Source: an uncultured Gemmatimonadales bacterium (GTDB lineage: Bacteria > Gemmatimonadota > Gemmatimonadetes > Gemmatimonadales > GWC2-71-9). From it: a DNA stretch of 64,000 nucleotides. The notes beneath the pieces were generated by a model. The model was not told the DNA's origin. It was given only the letters and a program-made list of their open reading frames with translations, and searched no databases. The stretch spans positions 16,176 to 80,175 of the forward strand of contig CAVVHO010000006.1 of assembly GCA_963748035.1 (NCBI GenBank). Direction: 5' to 3'. A program made the translations under genes and the position numbers. The stretch's first letter is position 1. Each line of letters opens with the position of its first letter. Positions 18,601-27,314 of this stretch are shown piece by piece.

Positions 18601-19141
18601 CCTGCAGCAGGCGCAGGTATGTCACAAGCGGTACCCGAGTCTTGTCGGCGGGGATCGGGAGGCCTCCCTCGGCGACGTGGAACACGCCCTGGGTGGTACG
18701 GCGATCGTTGATGGGGTTGTGGAGCACACCGTTGTCGAGCCGATAGCTCGACACCAACTCGTTGCGCCAACTGTCCGCATCGACCGGGAAGGACAACTCG
18801 CGGGCGAGGCCGTAGTGATCGAGGATGAGGGTCTCGCCGGGGAGCCGGATTGGCTCGGGAAACTCCGCGGCCAACAGCAGCCCATCGACATAGTTCTGAA
18901 TCCGCCGGTCGGCGGGACACAGGTGCTCTGAGAGCAGCCGGCTTTGCTCGCGGTAGCGGGCGAAGAGATCGCCGGCGAGCTGGAGAACGTCCTGATCGCC
19001 GGTGTCCACCGGCACGTGCACTCCCATCGCCGCAAGCTTGAGCAGGATTGAACGGATGGCAGTGCGCCGCTCCGGCAGCCATACCGAGCCGTCGGGGCTG
19101 AGTCCCACCGCGCGCTCGAGCTCCATGCCTGCCTCCACCAC
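15604..19141 (-). pseudogene. large (about 1,180 codon) conserved cytoplasmic protein, frame interrupted near 16.67-16.69 kb; family uncertain
   Basis: ORF 16553-19141 reads sensibly to ...DRYVAEMGARLN. ORF 15604-17094 (other frame) reads sensibly from ...[23 protein letters not shown] onward. The flanking tails are low-complexity Arg/Pro/Ser. Size and the block ADNYFGYCKKEVKTQIGY remind me weakly of PPi-type PEP carboxykinase, unverified. Confidence 0.75.
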
Positions 19142-19351
19142 CGAGTTGATGCGAGCTTCCGAAGCAACGTCTCACCGGGCGAGGCGTCCGTCAACTGGGG
19201 CCCATGGCCGTAGCCGATAGCCGATGGCGGATAGCCGTCCCGGTGTGCAGCTTATTCGGGGTCGCCTACCCGCCGACCTGTGCCCCCTTGAGGGAACCGT
19301 GCGTCCCTCCAATAGACCTGTGCTCCCGACTCTTCCCGGCGGAGGTGCTCA

Positions 19352-19798
19352 ATGACCCGATTCCCTGTCCTGACGTGGGCGACGCTGGTCCTTGGGTGTG
19401 GCGAGGCCACCGCCCCAACAGACTCTATGGTCACCACCGTCCTACTGAGGCCTGCCAGCGTCTCGCAAACCGAGACACTATCGATCATGGTGACGACCCG
19501 AAACACCAGCGCCTTTCCGGTCACCCTGCATGGCTCCAGCTCGTGTCTGTTGAGCTTCCGGGTCGAAACCCTGAATGGCACACCCATCGACTACCCCAGC
19601 CTTCCTTGCGCGGCAATTATGGAAGACATCACGATTCCGGCCGGCGACAAGGTGAGCACCTCGATCGCATGGGACCTGCGGACCACTGCCGGGCCGCTAA
19701 GCCCGGGCTCATATCGAGTGCGCGGAGGCCTGAACCTGGCCGGAGAGCAGGGGTTGCAAGGCGTCGGTCAACCGGCGGAGCTCACCGTCAGGCCGTGA
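19352..19798 (+). CDS. hypothetical lipoprotein
   Basis: Signal/lipobox TLVLGC. Beta-rich 148 aa. Confidence 0.55.
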   Translation: MTRFPVLTWATLVLGCGEATAPTDSMVTTVLLRPASVSQTETLSIMVTTRNTSAFPVTLHGSSSCLLSFRVETLNGTPIDYPSLPCAAIMEDITIPAGDKVSTSIAWDLRTTAGPLSPGSYRVRGGLNLAGEQGLQGVGQPAELTVRP

Positions 19799-19836
19799 TC
19801 GGCGGATGGCCCTGGGAAATCAGTGAGCCCCGGTGA

Positions 19837-19866
19837 GGCCTCCGCCCCCTATAGAGGGAATATCCG
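19837..19866 (+). promoter_or_regulatory. 30-nt conserved intergenic motif, copy 1
   Basis: GGCCTCCGCCCCCTATAGAGGGAATATCCG. 27 of 30 positions are identical to 43578-43607. Lies 25 nt upstream of the ICMT start. Confidence 0.6.
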
Positions 19867-19890
19867 CCAGCTCGCAGGGCCCTGAACGGA

Positions 19891-20355
19891 ATGCTCGACG
19901 CCGATACTCCCAACGTCATCATCTTTCCACCCATTCTGCTGGGCGGGGCGATGGTGCTGGGCGCCCTGCTCGATTGGCTGTACCCGATCCCCCTGCTGCC
20001 TGCAATGCCGGCGCGGCTCCTCGGCGTTGCACTCTTCGCACTCGGTGGTCTTCTGGGCTATTCCGCCCAGCGCGCTCTGCGGCGAGCCGGAACCAACATC
20101 CGCCCCGATAAGCCTTCCCTCGCCTTGGTAACCGATGGGCCATATCGCTGGACCCGGAATCCCATCTATCTCGCCGGGCTGCTCGTCTATCTGGGGGTCG
20201 GATTCTTCGTGAATGGGCTCGCTCCGTTCCTGCTCTTTCCTCTACTCATTATCCTGCTGCGTTGGGGCGTCATCCTGCGTGAGGAGCGCTACTTGACCGC
20301 CAAGTTTGGCGAGCCGTACCGAAACTACACGAGCCGAGTGTCCCGGTGGGTTTGA
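19891..20355 (+). CDS. isoprenylcysteine carboxyl / phospholipid methyltransferase family membrane protein
   Basis: GPYRWTRNPIYLAGLL motif. Four TM helices. Confidence 0.85.
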   Translation: MLDADTPNVIIFPPILLGGAMVLGALLDWLYPIPLLPAMPARLLGVALFALGGLLGYSAQRALRRAGTNIRPDKPSLALVTDGPYRWTRNPIYLAGLLVYLGVGFFVNGLAPFLLFPLLIILLRWGVILREERYLTAKFGEPYRNYTSRVSRWV

Positions 20356-20375
20356 TGGTGGCGGGCAGACGCGAG

Positions 20376-20396
20376 TGCAGCGCGGTTCCCGCTGCA
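20376..20396 (+). terminator. stem-loop after the ICMT gene
   Basis: TGCAGCG cggttcc CGCTGCA. Confidence 0.4.
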
Positions 20397-20453
20397 GACA
20401 AGCGACTGACCGTCTGACCGTCGGACCACCAACGGAGTGAACCGCAATTCCCA

Positions 20454-20932
20454 TTGCCGTGCCGATGCACTCACCCCTTGATCCCTTTGTTCCCAACCCT
20501 GACATTCGGGAGCGGTTACACAACGATCAACGCCCACGCCCAACTCGTCTTGGACGTTGCCGGCTCCTTCGATCTCCAGTCCCTGGGTCTCGTGCGCGCC
20601 GTCTTCTGGCTCCGGGAGAAGCTCATGCGGGCCACACCGTCCACCCCGAGGACACCCCAGGGGCTGCTGGCCGAGACCCTGGGCATGGGCTGGGGCCTCC
20701 TCGTTGAGCAACCGGGTCACCTGGTCGTGTGTGGAGCCACTTGTCAGCCATGGCGGGCGAACTTGGAGTTCACCCCACTTCCGGCCGCAGTTCGCGTACG
20801 CGGGCCGTGGCCACGCGATGCCGAAGCCAGGGTCAAGTTCCTCCGCTATTGGCGCTGGGCCCGCTTCGGCATCGTGGCCGTTCGCCTGCGGTTGCTGCCT
20901 GCCATTCGGCGTACAGCGGAGCGGCGCTGGTT
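20454..20932 (+). CDS. hypothetical protein or gene fragment
   Basis: The N-terminal part of the 316-aa ORF 20454-21404 (…LVLDVAGSFDLQSLGLVRAVFWLREKL…VCGATCQPWRANLEFTPLP…KFLRYWRWARFGIVAVRLRLLPAIRRTAERR) looks like a shortened conserved hypothetical. It runs without a stop into the microsatellite. Confidence 0.3.
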
Positions 20933-20996
20933 GGCGGTCGGCGGCTCAGGGCGGTCAGGGCGGTCAGGGCGGTCAGGGCGGTCAGGGCGGTCAGGG
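20933..20996. repeat. 9-bp microsatellite (GGCGGTCAG)
   Basis: Five perfect copies at 20950-20994 preceded by two degenerate copies. The related CTGACCGT x2 (reverse-complement-like) lies at 20406-20421. Confidence 0.95.
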
Positions 20997-21047
20997 TACG
21001 GTCCCGGATGCAAACAAGCCACCGCCCGTCTGACGGTTCTGCTTGTT

Positions 21048-21102
21048 CGCCTATTCGCCCGTCTCGCCCGTCCGCCTGTCCGCCCGTCCGCCCGTCCGCC
21101 CG
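21048..21102. repeat. 8-bp microsatellite (CGCCCGTC)
   Basis: About seven copies. The array ends 11 nt before the DUF2277 ATG. Confidence 0.9.
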
Positions 21103-21113
21103 AAAGGATCCCC

Positions 21114-21404
21114 ATGTGTCGCAATATCAGGACCTTGCACAACTTCGCGCCGCCGGCGACAGAGGAAGAGATTCGGGCCTCGGCCCTGCAATTCGTCCGC
21201 AAGCTCAGCGGCTTCAGCAAGCCTTCGAAGGCGAACGAGACGCCCTTCAATCAAGCCGTCGATCAGGTCACGCAGGTGGCGCGGGAGTTACTGGGCTCGC
21301 TGGTAAGCAATGCCCCCCCGCGCGATCGCGGGCTCGAGGCTGCCAAGGCTCGGGCCAGGTCCGCCGCACGCTTTCCGAAACAGGGCGGAGCGACGCCTAA
21401 CTAA
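21114..21404 (+). CDS. DUF2277-family small protein
   Basis: MCRNIRTLHNFAPPATEEEIRASALQFVRKLSGFSKPS is the characteristic N-terminus. AAAGGA SD upstream. Confidence 0.8.
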   Translation: MCRNIRTLHNFAPPATEEEIRASALQFVRKLSGFSKPSKANETPFNQAVDQVTQVARELLGSLVSNAPPRDRGLEAAKARARSAARFPKQGGATPN

Positions 21405-21433
21405 GGGCATCGTCACCCCCAATAACATCGTCC

Positions 21434-22018
21434 ATGCCTTCCGCGAAGCCCCTCCCGAACAAGCGGTTTGCGAGCCCAGCGGCCTGGGAATCGTGGCTCG
21501 AGAAGTACCACGCGACGTCGCCGGGCGTGTGGCTGGTCCTCGCCAAGAAGGGCGACCGACAACCACCCCTCTCGCATGCGGAAGCTCTCGAGGTCGCCCT
21601 CTGCTACGGCTGGATTGACGGCCAGACGGCGTCCGGCACCGCGGGGCTGTGGCGTCAGCGCTTTACTCCCCGCGGCCCGCGCAGTAAATGGTCCCAGATC
21701 AACTGTGCCGCCGTCGAGCGGCTCCAGGCCGACGGACGGGTGTCGCCGGCGGGGTTGCGGCAGGTCACAGCCGCCAAGCGGGACGGCCGATGGAAGGCGG
21801 CGTACGCCCCGCAACGGACCATGACCGTCCCCCGGGACCTCCAGGCCCAGTTGGATGCACGCCCCCGTGCCAGGCGATTCTTCGAGTCGCTCGACAGCAA
21901 GAATCGCTATGCCATCCTCTATCGACTCCACGACGCCAAGAAGGCTGAGACGCGGCAGCGCCGGCTGGACAAGTTCGTCCGCATGCTCGAAGCAGGAGAA
22001 GTTTTGCACGGGCGGTGA
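21434..22018 (+). CDS. YdeI/OmpD-associated family protein
   Basis: ...WLEKYHATSPGVWLVLAKKG...EVALCYGWIDGQ... and C-terminal ...RRLDKFVRMLE. Confidence 0.8.
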   Translation: MPSAKPLPNKRFASPAAWESWLEKYHATSPGVWLVLAKKGDRQPPLSHAEALEVALCYGWIDGQTASGTAGLWRQRFTPRGPRSKWSQINCAAVERLQADGRVSPAGLRQVTAAKRDGRWKAAYAPQRTMTVPRDLQAQLDARPRARRFFESLDSKNRYAILYRLHDAKKAETRQRRLDKFVRMLEAGEVLHGR

Positions 22019-22065
22019 CCTACCGACTTCCCGCACGCTTCAATGAAGCGTAAGTTGGTCAATCA

Positions 22066-22617
22066 ATGCACACCGATCTGTTTCTAACGCTGACCGACCT
22101 CGAGGCCGGCCTGCCCTACATCCGGCAGTCACCGCCGCACGCCGGTCCCATCGCCCTGATCGTTCGGCGCCCCGAATCCGACGGGCGAGAGATCGTCCAC
22201 GAGGCCCACCTCTCCCGGGAAGCAGGCCTTGCGGGCGATGCATGGGCCTCGAATCGTGCACCTGACGCCGACAAGCAACTGACGCTCATGAATTCCCGGG
22301 TGATCTCGTTGCTTGCCCGTACCACCGACCGGTGGGCACTGGCCGGCGATCAACTCTTTGTGGACCTTGACCTGAGTAGCGCCAACCTCCCGGCGGGCAC
22401 CCAGCTGGCCGTCGGCTCCGCCATCGTGGAAATCACGGCCCAACCGCATCTCGGCTGCCGCAAGTTCGCCTCCCGGTTCGGCCACGATGGGCTGCTCTTC
22501 GTCAACAACGCGCTCGGCAGGGAGCTGCGACTCCGTGGGGCCTACGCGAGAGTCGTGCAACCCGGAACGGCACGTACGGGTGATGCGATCGCGAAGCGGA
22601 GGACATCGCCACCATGA
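22066..22617 (+). CDS. MOSC domain protein
   Basis: ...ITAQPHLGCRKFASRFG...LRLRGAYARVVQPGTARTGDAI. Confidence 0.8.
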   Translation: MHTDLFLTLTDLEAGLPYIRQSPPHAGPIALIVRRPESDGREIVHEAHLSREAGLAGDAWASNRAPDADKQLTLMNSRVISLLARTTDRWALAGDQLFVDLDLSSANLPAGTQLAVGSAIVEITAQPHLGCRKFASRFGHDGLLFVNNALGRELRLRGAYARVVQPGTARTGDAIAKRRTSPP

Positions 22618-23135
22618 GGCTTGGTTTCGTGTTGCTTCCCCCGCTTTCGGTCCTGACGCTTCTCGGCTGTGCCAGCACGACCGTCGCAATCACCGTGCTT
22701 CCGCCGCATCGTCTCGAAACGCCCATCTGCCCCGCCGCGGTCCTCATCGCCGAAAGTCCTGGAGAAATCCCGACTGGGGGTCGGATCCTCGCGCGGCTTC
22801 GGGTGGAGGGCGGCGATTTCAGTACGACCGGGGACAAGATCCGTCGGCGGCTTCGTGAGGAGGCTGCAAAGCTCGGCGCCAACCGAATCCTGGCCACCGA
22901 GATCACTACCCCGGGCACGCTGGCCGCCCTCGGAATGACTGTGGCCACAAGCATCAATGCGCAGCAGCGCGCCGAAGCCCAGAATGAAGCGATGAGCCAT
23001 CAGAACCAGGCGACTCAGGCTGCCGCCCCAGTCCCCACAGATCCCAGCTTCTACGGACGCGGTCTGGCGTACGCGATCTTTGTCCCCGACGACACGATTC
23101 GGACTCAGCTGGAATGTCCTCAGCCGCGTCCGTAA
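22614..23135 (+). CDS. hypothetical lipoprotein
   Basis: Lipobox LTLLGC. ATGA-type overlap with the MOSC gene. Confidence 0.55.
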   Translation: MRLGFVLLPPLSVLTLLGCASTTVAITVLPPHRLETPICPAAVLIAESPGEIPTGGRILARLRVEGGDFSTTGDKIRRRLREEAAKLGANRILATEITTPGTLAALGMTVATSINAQQRAEAQNEAMSHQNQATQAAAPVPTDPSFYGRGLAYAIFVPDDTIRTQLECPQPRP

Positions 23136-23327
23136 GTCCTCCCGAGACCTCGATCTCTGAGTATCGGCAATTTTCGAGGTCGGGCGAAACCCACGGCGCG
23201 GTCGCCTCGATACTTGTCGCACCCGCATCGGCGCCTTCCTCCCTGGGTCGGTGACGAGGCCGCGGCCGGAGCCACCAGCCCCTAGTCAGCCCCGCACTCC
23301 ATTCACCACCCGCACCCTGGATTCCCC

Positions 23328-23738
23328 ATGTCGCTCGGTCACTGGCCTGCAATCATTGTCGCGGCACTCGCAGCATGGCTCATCGGCGCACTGTGGTACT
23401 CACCTCTCTTATTCGCGAAGGCCTGGGTAAAGGCACACGGGTATACGCCTGAGAAGCTCGCTACCATGCGGGCCACCGCCGGCCGCGCCTATGCCGGCTC
23501 CCTCGTGGCGTTCCTCGTGATCGCCGGCGTGTTGCACATCTTTCTCTCGCGCCTGGGGGCCGATTCATTTCAGAAGGGAGCCGTGTGGGGATTCCATGCC
23601 TGGCTCGGCTTCGCCCTTCCGATAGGCTTCACCGCCAACCTGTACTCGGACAAGCCGCTCGCGACCTTTCTGATCGATGCCGGCTATCAGCTCGTGTATC
23701 TCACCGCCATGGGAGCCATTCTGGGAGCCTGGCATTGA
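23328..23738 (+). CDS. DUF1761 membrane protein
   Basis: AAWLIGALWYSPLLFAKAWVKAHGYTPE. Four TM helices. Confidence 0.75.
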   Translation: MSLGHWPAIIVAALAAWLIGALWYSPLLFAKAWVKAHGYTPEKLATMRATAGRAYAGSLVAFLVIAGVLHIFLSRLGADSFQKGAVWGFHAWLGFALPIGFTANLYSDKPLATFLIDAGYQLVYLTAMGAILGAWH

Positions 23739-23951
23739 GTTCGGGCGGACTCGAGCGGACTCCCGCTGAGAAGGCCGAGGCCCTGGCAGCGGTGAGCGTG
23801 CGGCTTCAATGCCACTCGGCCTTCGGAGCATCCATGGAGCGATCTCGCTCGCCTTGCCTCGCTCGCGCCCATCGCAGCGGTGGGACCGAGTGAGCCGGCA
23901 ATCCGCCTGCTCCACCTCACGACCGCGCGACCGCGAGTATTATCCTTGCCC

Positions 23952-24452
23952 ATGAGAGCTGCGCTTCGGTTCAAGCTCAAGGTGGCCGGCACGGACGAGT
24001 TTCGTGGAGTCCATGCCGTCAGCACGTCGTTTCGTTTTCATGGCCTGTTGCGTTTCGACGGGGTGTGCCTCCAGATCGAATGGGCCGGCTCGGCACGGGT
24101 ACAGGACGTCGGAGCCCTGAGCATCCGCGACGAGCAACTGCCGTTGCCCACGGAGACACTCACCATTCCCGCTGATCGGCTGTGGGGAGCGGAGCTTTCG
24201 GGAGGCTGGTGGCGCCCTCGACTGGAGATCAGCGCCAAGGACGTTGGTGCGCTCGCCATTGTGCCCAGTGAGGACCAGGGGAAGGTGCGGTTCTGGTACG
24301 CGCGGCGCGATCGTGCCGCGGCGATCGCCTTGACTGCCGCACTGAACCGGGCGATTGCCAGCCCGGCCTTGGCGAGTACAGTACAACCCCCGCTTCTCCC
24401 CGACGATACCCCGCGCACGCCACTCGGTGGGTTCACCAGCACGTCGCGGTGA
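23952..24452 (+). CDS. hypothetical protein
   Basis: Internal ATG of ORF 23880-24452. No family recognised. Confidence 0.35.
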   Translation: MRAALRFKLKVAGTDEFRGVHAVSTSFRFHGLLRFDGVCLQIEWAGSARVQDVGALSIRDEQLPLPTETLTIPADRLWGAELSGGWWRPRLEISAKDVGALAIVPSEDQGKVRFWYARRDRAAAIALTAALNRAIASPALASTVQPPLLPDDTPRTPLGGFTSTSR

Positions 24453-24649
24453 ACGCACTCGGCTTTGCGGACGCTTGGTGCGCCCCGCCGCTCTTGTCAC
24501 CCACGAACGCCCCCCCTATAGTTGTGGCCGAGGCGCCGCAGGGGCGCCTACCCGCCGAAAGAAGCCTTCACCCTGCTGCGGTTCACACATTCTCATTGCG
24601 TTTCCAGTCGGCAAGCGGAGCGGACCGCCGATGAAGCTGGAGACTGCAC

Positions 24650-25186
24650 ATGATCGATCCGATCCGTGAACTGAAGATCCGCGCCAAGCTGTTGCAGCAG
24701 CAACTCCATCACCGTCACCCTCAGGCCATCTCGCGGCTGCGTTCGCTGCCGGAGTTTCGCGCGCGCACGAACGCCGAACTCGAGTCAGTCGCGCCCGAAC
24801 TCCTGCGACGACACTGTTTGACATTGGTATCGGTTGAGCTTGGGTTCAGCGGATGGGTGCATGCCCGCGCCGTGCTTTCGGGTGCCTGCGAGGTGTCGGA
24901 CTTCGGCACCCTGCTTTACCCTGTCCGTTGCAGCGGGCACCTGAATCTCTGGTACCGAAGGTACGGTGACGCCGTCGTCGGACGCCGGGAATCCGCAGGC
25001 TACCTCCTTGCCTACCGGCGCGACTTCCTGGTGGTGGACTCATGGTTCATCGAGACCCTCGGCCTGGACCCCGACGCCAACGAGTGGCTGCGTATCGGCT
25101 TTGATTGGGTACACCCAACCGAGACGGAAGCGCGGACACGTCTGTACGGCGCGCTTGTCGCACAGTTACCACGGCAGGTGGCGTGA
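24650..25186 (+). CDS. hypothetical protein
   Basis: 178-aa ORF. The stop overlaps the next start (GTGATGA). Confidence 0.45.
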   Translation: MIDPIRELKIRAKLLQQQLHHRHPQAISRLRSLPEFRARTNAELESVAPELLRRHCLTLVSVELGFSGWVHARAVLSGACEVSDFGTLLYPVRCSGHLNLWYRRYGDAVVGRRESAGYLLAYRRDFLVVDSWFIETLGLDPDANEWLRIGFDWVHPTETEARTRLYGALVAQLPRQVA

Positions 25187-25674
25187 TGACCTTTCCGCCT
25201 TCCCCATCCGAGGCCCGATTCATCCTGGAGTCTGTCGGATTGCCGGCGCTTCGCTTCGAGCATGACCTCACCCGTCGAGTCGTGGCGGCGATCCCCCTCG
25301 AGCACATGGACTTTCGGCCGACCGCTGGCGCGCGCAGCGCTGGTGACCTGGCTCGACACATTGTTGGCGCCGAACTCCGTTTCCTCTCCGGCGCCACTAC
25401 CGGAATGTTTCCCGATTTCAGCGCCGAACTGGGCAACGCCCCTGACTCGGCGACCGTGGTGACGTTCTATGAAAGCCGGTTTCCGCCCCTACTCGTGAAG
25501 CTGGCGGCTACCGGCGGTCAGGACCTGCTTCGCGAACTGGACTATGGGGGTCTAATGCGAATGCCGGCGCTTGGGTTCGTGCAGTTCGCACTCAACCACA
25601 CGATTCACCATCGAGGTCAGTTGTCGGTGTACCTGCGCGCGGTTGATGTCGAGGTACCGCCAATCTACGGATGA
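25186..25674 (+). CDS. DinB-family protein
   Basis: ...ARHIVGAELRFL... and C-terminal HTIHHRGQLSVYLR. Confidence 0.8.
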   Translation: MTFPPSPSEARFILESVGLPALRFEHDLTRRVVAAIPLEHMDFRPTAGARSAGDLARHIVGAELRFLSGATTGMFPDFSAELGNAPDSATVVTFYESRFPPLLVKLAATGGQDLLRELDYGGLMRMPALGFVQFALNHTIHHRGQLSVYLRAVDVEVPPIYG

Positions 25675-25819
25675 CAGCGGACGACGGCCGTGTCAGGGCG
25701 AAGCCGACTGGCACATCTTGCCGGCGAGCGGGGGGGGATTGGTCGCCCGGCCCCGAGGGCCCTTCCGCCCTGCGGTGCCCACAGTCAACCTTAGACCACA
25801 ACTTTACCGAGAGGCGCCA

Positions 25820-26167
25820 GTGACCGTCTCCTTAGCAGGGCTTACCCTCCATGTAGCGGATGTTGACAGCTCGCTGGCGTTCTACCAACAGCTGCCAGGA
25901 GCCGCCGTCTTGTTTCACATGCCCGGACGCTTCGCGCTGCTGCGCTTCGGTAGAGGACGGCTGGGGCTCCTCGCCGATCGGAAGCGCTCGTTCCACGCCG
26001 AGTTTGAGGTCCCCGATCTCGATGCCACAGCAGCGGAACTCCAGCGCCTGGGTATCGCGATCGATGGCCCGACTACGCGGTCGTGGGGTGAGCGAGACGT
26101 CCTCGTGCAGGACCCGGACGGAAACCTGCTCGAGTTTTCGGCCGAGCGCCCGGTTGCCAAACCGTGA
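25820..26167 (+). CDS. glyoxalase / VOC-family protein
   Basis: GTG start after GAGAGG. LTLHVADVDSSLAFYQ...VQDPDGNLLEF. Confidence 0.75.
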   Translation: MTVSLAGLTLHVADVDSSLAFYQQLPGAAVLFHMPGRFALLRFGRGRLGLLADRKRSFHAEFEVPDLDATAAELQRLGIAIDGPTTRSWGERDVLVQDPDGNLLEFSAERPVAKP

Positions 26168-26253
26168 CCACTGGCCTAACGCGGGAACCGTGATAGCTTC
26201 CCGCTGCAGCTGTGACAACCAAGGCTCCGCCCTTCTCACCAATGGAGAATCGT

Positions 26254-26712
26254 ATGACCCGCTTCACCTATTGCTGCTGCGTAATAGCCCTCGCAGCGTG
26301 CGCCAAACCGGACCAGAAGCCTGCCGCAGACTCGATGGGAGCGGGCGCCGCGACATCAACCGTATCGCTCGCTAGTGTCGCCGGCACCTGGGCCATGCGC
26401 ACCACGAACGAGCACGGCGACAGTACCCTCGTCACATACCAGATGATCGCGAGCGCAGATCCCACCGGCTGGTCATTCAACTTCCCCGGCCGGGCACCAG
26501 TGCCGATCCGCATCATCTCGGTAGATGGCGACAGCATCGTGACCGAGGCAGGACCCTACGAGAGCGTACTGCGGAAGGGGGTACAAGTCACTACCCACAG
26601 TGTCATGCGCGTGAACGGCGCGAATTTGGTGGGCACCACCGTTGCCCACTATCAGCCGGGCGGCGCTGATTCGGTGCTCTACCTTCGAACCGAAGGTACC
26701 CGAGCACAGTAA
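26254..26712 (+). CDS. hypothetical lipoprotein
   Basis: MTRFTYCCCVIALAACAK lipobox. Confidence 0.55.
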   Translation: MTRFTYCCCVIALAACAKPDQKPAADSMGAGAATSTVSLASVAGTWAMRTTNEHGDSTLVTYQMIASADPTGWSFNFPGRAPVPIRIISVDGDSIVTEAGPYESVLRKGVQVTTHSVMRVNGANLVGTTVAHYQPGGADSVLYLRTEGTRAQ

Positions 26713-26729
26713 TTCGCACGGCGGAACCG

Positions 26730-26760
26730 GCGCCGGGGACTTTCCCCGGCGCTATTCCTT
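26730..26760 (+). terminator. rho-independent terminator
   Basis: GCGCCGGGG acttt CCCCGGCGC followed by tattccttctt. Confidence 0.7.
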
Positions 26761-26889
26761 CTTGCTTGGCCAGTGAGCCGACTGATTCGCACCGAGATCC
26801 GCCGAACCTCCGAAAGCCGCTCCCGCCACGCCCCTTACTCCCCTCTGTTCCGCCTCTTACCTTGTCGGCTTCCCCACACGGAGCGGCAT

Positions 26890-27210
26890 ATGCCGACTTA
26901 CCTCTGGCGCGCCTCCTACACCGCAGACGGTACCAAAGGCCTCCTCAAAGAGGGTGGCACGAAACGACGTGCAGCCGTCCAGCAGATGGTCGAGAAGGCG
27001 GGGGGGAAGCTCCATGCTTTCTATTTCGCGTTCGGTGACGCGGATGTGTACGGCATCGCGGAGTTCCCGGATCACGCAACGGCCGCCGGCGTCAGCCTCA
27101 CCGTCAACGCGTCGGGCGCGGTGCATCTTTACACAACTCCACTGCTGTCAGCCGAGGAACTGGACGCGGGTGTACACAAGTCTGTAACCTATCGCGCTCC
27201 CGGCGCCTAG
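26890..27210 (+). CDS. GYD-domain protein
   Basis: MPTYLWRASYTADGTKGLLKEGGTKRR...FGDADVYGIAEFPD. Confidence 0.8.
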   Translation: MPTYLWRASYTADGTKGLLKEGGTKRRAAVQQMVEKAGGKLHAFYFAFGDADVYGIAEFPDHATAAGVSLTVNASGAVHLYTTPLLSAEELDAGVHKSVTYRAPGA

Positions 27211-27314
27211 GATTCCACCTCGCGGGGTTTGTGGATCAAGATGGTCCTTCCGCCAATCCTTCTCATGGTGGCACAGTCGGCTGAGCGTCGTCCAGCCATA
27301 CCATCGGCCGCCTG

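Noticed and set aside
20454-21404. The 316-aa ORF taken as one real protein.
   Set aside because: Its middle is two microsatellites. The second has an 8-nt period and cannot encode a repeat. The C-terminal 96 aa begin with the characteristic DUF2277 N-terminus MCRNIRTLHNF preceded by an SD.
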